A stretch of DNA of 64,000 nt from Octopus sinensis (GCF_006345805.1 NC_043003.1:78244001-78308000); one strand, 5' to 3'; counted from the first letter of the stretch, positions 10,433 to 24,824 are shown. Notes: a model not told the origin generated them from the sequence alone. Numbers and translations: made by a program.

Positions 10433-11858
10433 GAGGACATGCGTAAGCTCGTGAGGAATGAAGCCAGTATGCTCCGATGGATGTGTAATGTCAGTGTACA
10501 TACTCGACAGAGCGTTAGCACCTTGAGAGAAATGTTGTACCTAAGAGGCATCAGTTGTGGTGTGCAAGAGAGACGATTGCGCTGGTATGGTCATGTGGCG
10601 AGAATGGATGAAGATAGGTGTGTGAGAAAGTGCCAATCCTTAGCAGTTGAGGGAACCCGTGGAAGAGGTAGACCCAGGAAAACCTGGGACGAGGTGGTGA
10701 AGCACGACCTTCGAACTTTAGGCCTCACTGAGGAAATGACCAGCGACCGAGACCTTTGGAAATATTCTGTACGTGAGAAGACCAGGCAGGACAAGTGAGC
10801 CCAGCCCACTTATGAATGCCTTTCCTCCCTTGGACACAAAGACCTGTTGAGGCAAGCGAAGTCGATATAGAACCTCATCCGACGACAGGCACCCATGCCA
10901 ACCCCCTTTGCTTGCGAAGACATGTTGGGGCAAGCGAAATCGAAATCGAATTGAACCAGCCAGGATCCCTGGTCTGGTGGTACGTAAAAAGCACTATCCG
11001 ACTCGTGGCCGATGCCAGCGCCGCCTCCACTGGCTTCCGTGCCGGTGGCACGTAAAATACACCAATCTGACCGTACGACAGGCACCCATGCCAACCCCCT
11101 TGCTTGCGAAGACATGTTGGGGCAAGCGAAATCGAATTGAACCAGCCAGGATCCCTGGACTGGTGGTACGTAAAAAGCACTATCCGACTCATGGCCGATG
11201 CCTCCACTGGCTTCCGTGCCGGTGGCACGTAAAATACACCAATCTGACCGTACGACAGGCACCCATGCCAACCCCCTTGCTTGCGAAGACATGTTGGGGC
11301 AAGCGAAAACGAAATCGAAATCGAATTGAACCAGCCAGGATCCCTGGTCTGGTGGTACGTAAAAAGCATTATCCGACTCGTGGCCGATGCCAGCGCCGCC
11401 TCCACTGGCTTCCGTGCCGGTGGCACGTAAAATACACCAATCTGACCGTACGACAGGCACCCATACCAACCCCAGTGCTTGCGAAGACATGTTGGGGCAA
11501 GCGAGATCGAAATCGAATTGAACCAGCCAGGATCCCTGGTCTGGTGGTACGTAAAAAGCACTATCCGACTCGTGGCCGATGCCAGCACCCCCTCGTCTGG
11601 CTTCCGTGCAGGTGGCACATAAAATACACCAATCCGACCGTGGCCGTTGCCAGCCTCGCCTGGCACCTGTGCAGGTGGCACGTGAAAAGCACCCACTACA
11701 CTCACGGAGTGGTTGGCGTTAGGAAGGGCATCCAGCTGTAGAAACACTGCCAGATAAGACTGGAGCCTGGTGCAGCCTTCTGGCTTTCCAGATCCCCGGT
11801 CGAACCGTCCAACCCATGCTAGCATGGAGAACGGACGTTAAACGATGATGATGATGAT
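10433..11858 (+). mobile_element. 5'-truncated RTE-clade LINE: RT C-terminal tail, long 3'UTR with tandem expansion, (GAT)n tail
   Basis: EDMRKLVRNEASMLRWMC...RRLRWYGHVARM...RGRGRPRKTW...DRDLW is the typical RTE ORF C-terminus, with stop at 10798. Ends ...cggacgttaaac(gat)n. Confidence 0.9.
10883..11640 (+). repeat. Four tandem ~190-bp units inside the RTE 3'UTR
   Basis: cgacaggcaccca... restarts at 10883, 11076, 11253 and 11451 (periods 193, 177, 198). Confidence 0.92.
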
Positions 11859-11859
11859 A

Positions 11860-11992
<133 letters not shown>

Positions 11993-12011
11993 TATATACA
12001 TATATATACAG

Positions 12012-12347
12012 TGAAGGCGCATGGCTCAGTGGTTAGAGCGTCGAGCTTACGATCGTGAGATTGTGAGCTCGAATCCCGGACCGGGCTGCGTGTTGTGTTC
12101 TTGAGCAAGACACTTTATTTCACGTTGCTCCAGTTCACTCAGCTGTAGAAATGAGTTGCGACGTCACTGGTGCCAAGCTGTATCGACCTTTGTCTTTCCC
12201 TTGGATAACACTGGTGGCGTGGAGAGGGGAGTCTGGTATGCATGGGCGACTGCTGGTCTTCCATAAACAACCTTGCCCAGACTTGTGACTAGGAGGGTAA
12301 CTTTCTAGGTGTAATCCCATGGTCAGTGTCGTGACCGAAGGGGGTCC
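12012..12347 (+). mobile_element. tRNA-derived SINE (family D); inverted degenerate copy at ~36557-36895
   Basis: tRNA-like head with box A (TGGCTCAGTGG) and box B (GCTCGAATCCC), then a conserved body gttgtgttcttgagcaagacactt. No acceptor-stem closure. Confidence 0.8.
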
Positions 12348-13072
12348 CGGATATATATACATCACTAAAGTGACCAAGGGTACCAGTTAGCACTTTAGTC
12401 ACTATAGTGATGTCTATAGTTCGGCCTTTTGATTGTAAATTGCAAATAAGCCACCTTTATTATTTATTATCCATTATTATTATTTATTATCATTATTTCA
12501 CACACACACACACACACACACAAATATATGTATGTGTATATATAATAATAATAATAATAATAATATGAGGGAATATTATTCCAATTTAGAAATACTAAAT
12601 TAAATTTCACAAAATACAATATATATATATATAAATTAGAAAAAAAAATAATATTCAAGTCCCAAAAGCTTTGTTTAATATAATTATTTAACTTTACCAG
12701 TTTATTTTCATAATTGCAGGTATGGCTATATGACTAAGAAGCCTACTTTGCAACCATATGGTTTTATTTTTGAGTTCAGTCCCACTATGCAGCATCTTGA
12801 GTAAGTGTCTTTTACTATAGCTCTTGGCTAATCAATACCTTGTGAGTGAATTTGATTGACGGAAACTTTTATATGTATATAACTGATATCTTCTGCATCC
12901 AGTCCAATCCCTGTCTCTAATCATCTGTCACACTATTTTCACTAATTACACTTCCTATTTTGTCTCATATTCATGTTGTGCCTGGATCCCACATCTCTTT
13001 CTCTCTCTCACTTTCCAGGTGGGCAAGCCAGGCTTGAAAAGGGTGCATAATATATATATATATATATATATC

Positions 13073-13103
<31 letters not shown>

Positions 13104-13117
13104 GGAATTTACAAAAA

Positions 13118-13280
13118 ACAAAAGACAAAAGATGCAGCACAGAATTTTGTCAGTGAACAGGTCACGGTCTCAAAGCGACGAAAATATTTAGGCAAATTAA
13201 ATTTAAATGTTGAAGTGAATCTAACGGTTTTTTGTGTGTTTTTTAAATGGTTTATAAACACCTTCCACGCTGCAATTATT
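13118..13280. repeat. Unclassified interspersed repeat; inverted copy at ~31690-31860
   Basis: gatgcagcacagaattttgtcagtgaacaggtc...gaagtgaatc...aaacaccttccac matches the reverse complement near 31.7 kb. Confidence 0.75.
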
Positions 13281-13328
<48 letters not shown>

Positions 13329-15355
13329 CATCCATTGAGTAATCCTCAAGGATAAAATGATGTTTTGCGTGGTGACTTTATTCAGCCTCATTCTCTCGTC
13401 TGTGACCGTCTTTAATCCATTGACAAAAGCAGGTCAATACGATTGGAGATGGAAATGGGAAACAATGGATGACCATAATACGTTGCTGCGGTCACCTTTC
13501 CTTCCATTGAACCATGAAGGTGTATCAGTGATTCGAAACCGAACTACTAGTTAACCAGTCATGCATCAAGACCGAACCACAGTAGTTTCACGTAATTGGT
13601 TTGTTAAGCAACCAACCAGTGTCAAGCCATCGCGGGATTTAGCTTTCTAGAACCTTCTGCTTGTACCGCATAAAAAAATGTTTTTTGGTACCAACACTCT
13701 TTGCAGGGCGCTGAGACCGGCCGACTCATTCACGTCTCACCTTTGTCACTGCATTATGTCGAGGCAGCTGTGCAACGTGTTATATGTACATGCATGTATA
13801 TTTCTTTATGTTTGTCCCCACCCTGTTACAATGTGCGTATGTGTGTAATAAAAAAGTGTTATTTCCAGTGAAACAGCGTAGCAATTAACTGCTAATTTAA
13901 ATTCCATGTAAATCCATGTGCATCTAACTTCCAGTCAGTCATTAAATATAATTTTCTTTCGATCTTGACTTGATAGCATATACATTTAGATAAATTACAG
14001 AGTGTATCAGAAAATAGAATAAAACTGCAAGTTTGGCTAAAATTTTATATCATAGATTACATAATCTTTACCCGTGTTTCACTAGAATATACTTATGAAG
14101 TATAGTAATCGCAACATACACGATTGCATAATTACCTTCAAACGCCAGTTCATCAGAAGAAAAACGTAATTTAATCAATTATTGGTTACGTCAGTTGGTA
14201 GACAGCCAAAATGAGAACTGACAGTTTTCAGTTTGGCTCTGTAGGGAAGGGTGGTTAAACCTCTGTAACTTTTTTTTTTTTAATTGTGGAAAAGTGAATT
14301 ATCTCCTGAGATTCAGTGTTGAAAATTATCTCAATACACCAAATTTAAAAATTTTTACCAAACTTTAAAATTTCCACGGGTGCAACCAAACAGAAAATAT
14401 CTGTAATAAGCTATATCTGTTATTAATTAATAGTTAAACGATATTATTTTTATCTTTTACTTGTTTTAGCCATTACATTGCGGCCAAACCGAGGCACGGT
14501 CTTAAAGAATTTCTAGTCGAATGAGTCGATTCCAGTATTTATTTTTTGTTAAGCTTGATGCTTATTTTGGATCTTTTTTGTTTGGTGGCACTTTTTGAAA
14601 TTTTAAAATTAAGTAAAAATTGTCAAATTTCGTGCATTGATGTAATTTTTCTCACTAAATCTCAGGATCTAACATTTTATAATTTTTAGCATTTTATAAT
14701 TTTTATCCAGTCAGAAACAGGATTTGGAAGCTATTATTTTGTGCGTGACTGCAAATGTAAGACGAAAAAACAATAATGTCAACATTGCGACAAAAGTACG
14801 TGCTTTAAGCGAAAAAAATGACCCAAGAAACAACACAGACATTCTGTAGTTTTAAGCATTCAATATGCATTTAATGCAGGGAAAAAACAGAGTAAACACA
14901 TTTTGTAGTTTTAAGAGCAGAAAAAATGGGTACAAGCAGGTACAGCATGAAATATTAGTTTGTAAACACAGGTGGTTTTACGTAAACGCTTATTCAACGC
15001 TTGGTTTGATACTATGGAAAAAGGCACCTAAGATGTCTGTGCCGTTCGATTGGCTAAAATTACTCACGACTTGCAAACTTTAAAAGCTGTTAATTGTTTA
15101 TTTATTGATTTATGGCGAAAATGTCAATAATGAACATACAAAGCTACATCAATACTCCAAATTTGAAACCAACTGGAACAAAATTGAAGTAATTGAAAAG
15201 ATCGATCTTTTGCCGAACCGTTAAGTTACATTGGTGTAAACACACCAGCATAGGTTGTTGTTATGTGTAGTGAATGTGTAACAGTTGTCAAACGGTAACT
15301 GGAGGAAAACACCGACGCAAACACCACACACACATACACAGATATATATATATAT

Positions 15356-15559
15356 CTTTATTTGTTTCAGTCATTTGACTGTGGCCATGCTGGAGCACCG
15401 CCTTTAGTTGAGCAAATCGACCCCGGGACTTATTCTTTGGAAGCCCAGTACTTATTCTATCGGTCTCTTTTGCCGAACCGCTAAGTGACGGGGGCGTAAA
15501 CACACCAGCATCGGTTGTCAAGAAATGCTAGGGGAACAAACACAGACACATAAACATAT

Positions 15560-15602
<43 letters not shown>

Positions 15603-15763
15603 TACGACAGGCTTTCAGTTTCCGTCTACCAAATCCACTCACACGGCATTGGTCGGCGCGGGGCAATAGCAGAAGACACTTGTCCAAGATGCCACGCATT
15701 GGGACTGAACCCGGAACCATGTGGTTGGTTAGCAAGCTACTTACCACACAGCCACTATGCGCC
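15356..15763 (-). mobile_element. tRNA-derived SINE (family A), full length
   Basis: Reverse complement of the ggcgcaggagtggctgtgtggtaag...gactgaaacaa family, with an internal (TA)/(CA) microsatellite. Confidence 0.85.
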
Positions 15764-16232
15764 TATTACATATGTAATATTACCTTCGTCATTTGTATTC
15801 TTTTTTTTTTTTTTTTTTTTGCTAGCTCGCCATGGTCGAATAAACTTACGAGCAAGAACATTCCAGTATGACCATCCCATCTTTTTATAAAAACATATAT
15901 TTGAAACTATATCGTCAAATAAATCTTGTTTCCGGTTGTGATTAGAGGGAGAGTTGGGTGCTATTTCTAGAAGTTAGAGCGGCCACTAAAGATAGCATTT
16001 GCCATTGTCCAGTAACGGGTGTTAATAAAAGCAATCACATCTCCTTCAAATTGTACACTTTCGTTAGAAAGAAAGGAAGGAAACATGAAAAATCGACGGA
16101 TGGTCATGGTGGAACGCCTTTGATCACAGGTCTTCTCGATCACGGTTGGCCCCAGAGGTGAATAACACAACAACAACAATAATAACTTACTAATAGCTTC
16201 ATTACTCTCCTAGTTCTGTTGGTTTAGATATG

Positions 16233-16848
16233 TACGATGAGGTGCTGAAAAATTCTTGACTTCAAGAGTATCGAGAAATGCCTGGTTGGAAGCACAACCT
16301 TCTGAGTTCTTTTACAGGGTTTAAAAAACTGAAGGACTGCTACAATAAATATGTGAATCAGAGAGGAGAATATCTTTATATATAAAAGTCAAGTTGTGTG
16401 TCTGTCTCCGACGATTTAGATTCCTAACTACTCCCACATTTTGCGGTGCAGTTTAACCAAAACCAGGTATCTTATAGTCGTGATTCATATCGAGCCCTTC
16501 TGGGTATTAGCGCGCGTCTACGATGAGTCTACGATTTAAAAAAAAATTACCATCATTTTTTCCATTTTAATGCGTTTTTTTCGCTATTATATAAGGGAAG
16601 TAACTCTCTAAAAATGTCTACGATGAGCCAACGATTTAAAAAAAATTTACCATCATTTTTTTCCATTTTTAATGCATTTTTTTTGCTATTTTTTGGCTAT
16701 AACTATCTAAAAATGCTTATATAGTTATTTCCCTTACAAACCCGAGCAACGCCGGGCGCTACTGCTAGTGTTGTATAAAATCATAATTAACTAATCCTCC
16801 TGTATTTTCTTTTACCCAAAGCTAGGGACTTTTCAGCATCCCCTCGTA
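16233..16848 (+). mobile_element. Mariner-derived MITE interrupted by a Helitron
   Basis: TIR-like ends tacgatgaggtgctgaaaaatt and acttttcagcatcccctcgta with TA termini. Removing the Helitron restores GGA GAA TAT GTT (GEYV), a mariner transposase C-terminal remnant. Confidence 0.7.
16373..16768 (+). mobile_element. Non-autonomous Helitron (complete)
   Basis: A|TCtttatatataaaag 5' end, subterminal hairpin cccgagcaacgccggg, and CTAG|T 3' end. No TSD. Confidence 0.88.
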
Positions 16849-17843
16849 TGTGTTGATAAGCCGCCAGTAAGTGTGACTAAAAATCTATATTCATTCTTAT
16901 GTTTAGGTACAGTGGAGATATACGTCAGTGTGATCAATGATGATGACCTAAAGGATTTTAAGAGAAAAAAAAATTAAATTAAAATTAAAAATAGTTTTTG
17001 TCGCTTTGGTAGTTTCGTTTGTTTTTTTTTTTCGTAATTTTGTGTTGACGAAATGTTTTGGGGAAACTAAAAATAGCAATACTAGACACGAACGGATGAC
17101 TAGTGATAAATCAACGGAAACCTGAGTCAGATGGACACAATATACATACATACATACATACGTACGTACGTATATACATACATACATACATACATACATA
17201 CATACATACATACATGCACACTTACATATACATATATAAATACACACATATATACGTGCATCTTCCCTCTGTGTTTGTGTGTGTGTCTCTCTCACACCTA
17301 CACCCACACACTTACACCCACACACCATAGCTGTAGGGTTAAGATACAGGAGCAATGCCGGAAGGTTGTAAATTCATTGACAGCTGCTCCTGACAAATGA
17401 AAGTTAACTGTTTTCTCTCATCTAATTAAACAAGACAAAAACCCAGGTAAGTGGTCAGTGACAGCCACGTCATCTACTCTGAGAAAAATAAACAAACATC
17501 TTTTCCCTCTCATCTCTATATATAAAATCAATATATATATATAAAACTCGAGAACAACCCAACCGATTTCATTCAAATTCTACACATACACTACTAAGAG
17601 TCCATAAAGTGTCATACCCCCCCCCCACCAAAATTTCAACTTCTTGCCTATGCTAGCCCGGGCAATCTCTTAGACTGTTTCGGTATTATGTGTCAAAAGT
17701 GAAACAATAACATATCTATTGTAATGTGAGATAACAGTTTCAGTCTTAATAGTTTCACTATTAATACTTTCACTATTAATACTTTCACTATGTATAGAAT
17801 ATATACATAGTGAAGCTATTAATAGTGAAACTATTATTTCACA

Positions 17844-17874
<31 letters not shown>

Positions 17875-17882
17875 CATACAAG

Positions 17883-17919
<37 letters not shown>

Positions 17920-18397
17920 GCATTCACACGCACACACACACACACACACACATAAATATATGTATGTGTGTATGCATGTGTATATGTGTGTATATATTTA
18001 TATATGCATATATATACAATAAATTCAGGGTGAATACTTGATAAATGTAAGCATCTGTATATGCCAGCTAGTAGCAGAGGTGAGAGGATATATGTATCAA
18101 ATAAAATAAAATGAAAAACAGGACACAAAGGATGCCGTGGTACACATGTTTCGAGCTTTATAAAACAACTTATTCTTACATCAATGCATAATTGACATAA
18201 CAGATAGTTTAAAAGCCCTCTTCAGCCGCATGCAATTGCTACACCAAATACTTGTATCACATTATGAAAGGTTTAAGAAAGAGCATATGGTATTTTTTAT
18301 AATGGTAGGTAAACCGAGTATCACTGGGAAAGTATGTTTGTAAATCTTCATAATCAAATAGGCGTACAGGGTATTATTGGACTCCAAACATCTATCC

Positions 18398-18593
18398 ATA
18401 TCGTTTTCTCACTATATTGAGTGAGAAAACGATATATTTATATATAATCAAAATAAGCAACAAGGATATCCAGAGGTAATGCAGTTCGATCGTTTCATAC
18501 GACTCCATTTAATTGAACAATGCCAATTAAATGGAGTCGCATGAAACGATCGTACTGCATTACCTTTGGATATTCTTGTTGCTTATTTTGATT
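18398..18593. other. Two adjacent fold-back palindromes (16-bp perfect stem; 70-bp stem with 4 mismatches)
   Basis: 18398-18413 pairs with 18420-18435. 18446-18515 pairs with 18524-18593. Confidence 0.92.
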
Positions 18594-18692
18594 AAAATCA
18601 CCTTATTTTAAATTGTATGAATAATACCATACTAAAATTCTGGTGCTTTCAACTTAATTACCGTATTCATCTGAATCTAAATTTTTACTGAA

Positions 18693-18776
<84 letters not shown>

Positions 18777-18942
18777 CATACATATGTAATATATAGATGT
18801 ATGTATAATATGTATATGTATATATTTATGTATATATTTATATGGTATATATATATTTATTTACATACATGTATATATACGTATGTATCTATATATATGT
18901 ATATGTTTATATACATACATACATACCTACATATATACATAT

Positions 18943-19031
<89 letters not shown>

Positions 19032-19194
19032 CATACTCACACAAACTATAGAATGAATAAAGAAATGGAGTTAGACGCAAGTGTTATTCAAATCTATACT
19101 AAATTTTTTTTTGATACATGGGCCCAAGCATTGTCTTCGATGATGATATGCAGATGTATGTGTGTGTGTGTATATATATATGTGTGTGTGTGTG

Positions 19195-19393
19195 TGTATA
19201 CATGCACGGCTCGTATAGTGAATGGGGAAAGCTTGGCCTGCAAGGTTTGCAGTCGTGTATGCTTGTCAAGAGCAGGGCTCATTAGCCACCGACGGAGCTG
19301 CAAATGCAAAATATAAGTTAGTCCTAGAGCGCACAATGTTCCTGAAGGTCGGCTATGGTCATTCCTCGGTCACGAGTGGACTGCCATCATCAT
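19195..19393 (+). mobile_element. 3' end of a second RTE lineage (BovB-like C-terminal zinc finger)
   Basis: ACKVCSRVCLSRAGLISHRRSC fits the CxxCxRxCxSRxGLxSHxRxC motif. Short 3'UTR ending gccatcatcat. Confidence 0.75.
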
Positions 19394-19450
19394 ATATGTA
19401 TATATACATAAAGATATATATATATATATGTATATATACGTATATATATA

Positions 19451-19498
<48 letters not shown>

Positions 19499-19593
19499 AG
19501 CCCTTATTAAATTAGTAAAGGTACCTTTATTTACTAATTAAATAATGGCACATATAAGTCTATATATAAGTCGCTTATACACACACACATACA

Positions 19594-19637
<44 letters not shown>

Positions 19638-19648
19638 TATATATTATA

Positions 19649-19723
<75 letters not shown>

Positions 19724-20279
19724 TATAATACAACAAGGACAAGAACGCAAAAAACATCCAGATAGATGATACAAAGAAAACACAGATGGGTCATTCGAAG
19801 CCCTCGATCCTCAGTCAAGCACCAGATTAGCCTCACAATTTCGGCTGATTATTCTTGATATTGCTCTAATCTGGCCAGCCCCAAGGAAAAACTAAGCTAA
19901 GATCATTAGATTCCTTGGAAGAAAGCATCGAATGTATACAAAAACGAGGACGGAAAACACAGACAAAGTTACACAAATATAAATACAATAATAAACACAA
20001 TAAAAATACTAACAAGACATAACAACAGGTGTCTTTCGACTGAGAAGGAATTGAATTAAGCTGGCGCGTGTGCAAATGAAGCCTTACGGTAGAGATACAA
20101 AAGTTTCACAAACACAGGGAAGAATATCGATGTTGCACGGACGCCGGTCAGACCAAGAACGAAAGAACAGGCTAGGTTGACCGGCCGTCACGTGGGAAGA
20201 GAAGAGAGAGAAGTAGAAGCAGAGGGACAGAAGAATTAAGGAGGGGCGAGAAAAAAGGACAGGGATACAGTGATATATG

Positions 20280-20325
<46 letters not shown>

Positions 20326-20439
20326 CATGTATGTATATATATATGTATATTTATATACATGTATATTTATATGCATGCATATATATATACATATGCATAC
20401 ATGCATACATACAAACATACATGTACACACACACACACA

Positions 20440-20513
<74 letters not shown>

Positions 20514-20884
20514 GTTAGCCGTTTGGCAAAACACACTGCACACCGATAGAATAAGTACTAGACTGACAAAGAACAAATCCTTCGACTAAAGGTGATGCTT
20601 CAGCATGGCCGCAATCACGTAAACACACATACACACATACATACATACATACATACATACATACATACATGCGTACATACATACATACATACATACATAC
20701 ATGCATACATGCGTACATGCGTACATGCATACAAACATGTATACATACGTACTGACAGACAAACAGATATTCATATAAATATGTAAATATATATACAAAC
20801 ATGCCTGTATGCATGTGTGTGTATCTGTGTGTGTTTGTGGTGTGGGTGTGTGTGAGCGAGGTTTGTCCAACGGAACTTTAAAAT

Positions 20885-21450
20885 ATACAAGTAATGAATT
20901 GCTTTACTTACAACTTAATCAGATGAGCCTGTTGCAAAATGTTCCCTTCTAATGTTGACACATTGCTCTCAACAATTTTCCCAGTTTTAGGACTCATCAT
21001 GGAACTTGTTTTAGAGTGTTTAGGTAGAGTGCAGTTTCCTTTGTGAATTTTTTTCGATTTCTTCTTTTGCTTGAAACCAGCAACCTCCTTGGGTGGATTT
21101 CAACGTTGAAAAGACAAAAAGTCCTCAGAGATCACGTCGGCTACGGAATGAGAGTAATTTCCTAATTTGTCAAGAAGCTACAGATAAGGAGTAATGCGCG
21201 AGCAGGTACATGCTTGTCGTGCGGCATCTCAGTTTTTATTTTGCTGAGCGAAGGAAGAGCCTCAGGCCGCTTGTTTCTCAGTTCTTCTCTCAATCGCTTC
21301 AGGGCATCCGAGAAAAACCATTTATTGATTATTTGACCACGTGGTACAAATACATGATGACCGACGTCCTTCTAATTGATTGCCATCACTTTCACATTCG
21401 AGAGACTTAGACATGCTTCTTTTGGTTGGGGTGACGATAATTCAACGCGT
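20885..21450 (-). mobile_element. Highly degenerate Tc1/mariner remnant
   Basis: Wording resembles the antisense strand of the mariner fragments at 35.4-36.2 kb. No intact motif recovered. Confidence 0.4.
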
Positions 21451-22031
21451 TCCAACAACTTATATATATATATATTATTATATATATATTATATATAATA
21501 TATATATTATATATATATAATATATATATATATCTATATATATATATACACATATATATATACATATAATATTATATATATATATATATTATATATATAT
21601 ATATATATTGGCGATGTAGCCGAGCTCTCATGTTTCGTCACCTGCTACGACACTTTTCATAAAATTTTCATCTGCATTCTAACGATCTAACAACTCCGAA
21701 TAGACTGTGATCCTGTTCTGTTTTCGTTGATCTGTCAGAATTCGCGAATAATATTTAGATTGGAAATTGAAGAAGTATCGCGTTGTCACAAAATTTGTGA
21801 CAGCACGATGACGCACCGACATTATTCTTATAAAATTATGATGCACGAGCTTCCATAGATGCCTATTTTTTTTTCAGTACTTTTAGTGTGGATCAGGTGA
21901 AATTGAACAGAGTCAGGTGAGGATATTTTATGAACCACAGCATGCACTTCCGCAAAATGATCAGTGTCCGTTGTTAATTTAAATTTGGCTATGGCGGATC
22001 GAATCCACTTCATGCATGCAAGATTAACTAC

Positions 22032-22087
<56 letters not shown>

Positions 22088-22401
22088 CTTTGTCTGTCAG
22101 TCTGTCTGTCTGTTTCCTATTCATTGCTCGATCAAATCAAATCACATTTTACAAGGTAATAGTATCAGTTCCCGTGAGTGTCAACATGTAATTCTTTTTT
22201 CATTTGGATTAAAACAATATAACATTCGCACTGGTTCGGTATTACGTGTCAAAAGTGAAAGAACAAGATCTATATTGTAATGTGATATAATATTGTTTCA
22301 CTTTTATTCTTTCACTTTTAATTCTAATGTGATAACACTAAGATCATCTTATTTCAATTATATTTATGAGACTTCCACAAGATCAGTAAACGCAGCACAT
22401 C

Positions 22402-22594
22402 AAATGGAGTCTCAAGACAGATGCGAGATGAAATTTTCTCAAGATCAACAAACGCATGTTGCATCACATCAAATGGAGTCTCAAGACAGATGCGAGATGA
22501 AATTTTCTCAAGATCAACAAACGCATGTTTAAATGGAGTCTCAAGACAGATGCGAGATGAAATTTTCTCAAGATCAACAAACGCATGTTTAAAT
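22402..22594. repeat. Minisatellite, 3 units (periods 69 and 60 bp)
   Basis: aaatggagtctcaagacagatgcgagatgaaattttctcaagatcaacaaacgcatgtt restarts at 22402, 22471 and 22531. Confidence 0.92.
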
Positions 22595-23484
22595 ACTACC
22601 TTAAGAGATTTTAAATACTATCGGATTTTACTCACAAGGTATTGGAATCTTATATGTATACCATTCCGCCAAAAATAATGGATCTACATATACAATATCC
22701 CTGCATATCTCACATCTATTTTCATTCCTCCACCTCACTCTCTGTTTCTTATCTTATCTAAATTAACTATTGCTTAACCATCTTCTCACACCGTCTCCGA
22801 TGAAAGGATATAATAAATATCCTTGAAACAGCTGTAAGACCTATTTATAAATGTTCTAAAATCTACACTGCCTTGGGTTGTTTTTTTTTATCTCATTACG
22901 AAAAAACAAAATTTATATATATATATATATATATAAATTTTAATTTTTAATGTTGGGGATGCTTTAGTTCAGTAATATATCTTTCAAGGGATTTGAGGAG
23001 TTTTCTTTTTACTTATTTTAGTTCTTAATTTTTATTTTCTAAGCTTGGGAAAGGTAAGTAGGGGTTGCAATATTGAATTTTTGCACCTCCACAAAATGTT
23101 AGTGGGTGCACTTGCACACCCTGTTCCCAGGCCCTTGTTCAACTTGCGATAATTCTAACACCAGGTACGTTTCACTGTAGCACGTATATATGGCCATGTA
23201 AACTAAGCATACGTTCTTTCTAGCACGTGTATATTACCAATTACGCTAAACATACATTCACTTATACACGTGTAGATCACCATGTGCACTAAGCATGTGT
23301 ATATACATATTTTACTTCATGAGGTTTACGAACGAATCCGAATAGTGTAAAACTTGCAGATTCATTACGTTGCTCTATTGCCCCTGATATACCGTATTTT
23401 CTGGTGTATAAGCGGCTATTTTTTTTACCTGGGAAATTAAGTGTGCCGCTTATAGAAAGGTGCTCCTAATATTCTTTTATTCTC

Positions 23485-24185
<701 letters not shown>

Positions 24186-24824
24186 ATAATATGTGTATTT
24201 TTTTATAAGTTTCAAGAGAAAAATAATTTGTGTATGAAGATCGAATGATTCCACTGATTATTTCAGAGGAAAGGTCGGTCGGTGAACAACGTGAAAGACT
24301 ACTGCTACAGTACATTGGTACCCGAAAGAAAACAAGCCATATTTGTTTTGTTTTGTACATTTTCCAATAATTCTGCCCCACCCCTTTTCCGAACAAAAAT
24401 AAGGGGTTAACGGCACATTAGGCATCCGTAATGCATGTCGTTTGAAAGGTATTTATGTACAATTTCATTAAAAGAGATTTATTTTCCTCAAAGTTATGGG
24501 CGAAAAACTCGGATCTTGTGAATTTTCCGAAGTCTTCTCCCCACTCCCTCGGAAAAGATTTTCCCCACAAATTTCTTTATAATCGTAATCTATGCCATTT
24601 GAAAGATATTATATATAAAATTTCATGAAAAGAAACCCATTTTCCTAAAAGTTATGAAGGAAAAACTCGGGTTTTGTGAATTTTCCGAAGTCCTCTCCCA
24701 CCCGGTTGCTTTCCGCGCATTTTTTTCATATTCGTTTCCTACACATTTTTTACCCCCGTTGCACCATCTTTTTTTATTTCGTTTCCGGGTAATATTGTAA
24801 ACATTAACCGTTATTTTTAATTTA

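Larger units (their letters stand above)
17830..20860. repeat. Dense microsatellite zone ((TA)n, (CA)n, (TACA)n); similar runs occur throughout the window
   Basis: Directly visible. Explains the many YIYI/THTH ORFs. Confidence 0.95.

Noticed and set aside
10883-11640. CRISPR-like appearance of regular repeats (also 48960-49225 and 22402-22594)
   Set aside because: Units are contiguous with no unique spacers, no cas genes are present, and the context is eukaryotic.
10810-11825. Long overlapping ORFs (226, 316 and 277 aa) on both strands
   Set aside because: They are by-products of GC-rich tandem units, two with periods divisible by three, in an RTE 3'UTR. No domain signal.
12012-12090. tRNA-like sequences at the heads of the repeats at 12012, 28450-28540, 40185, 43595 and 47569
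   Set aside because: They lack closed acceptor stems and run straight into conserved SINE bodies, so they are SINE heads rather than tRNA genes.
17103-20870. Many YIYI/THTH/CVCV ORFs here and elsewhere
   Set aside because: They are translations of (TA)n, (CA)n and (TACA)n microsatellites.
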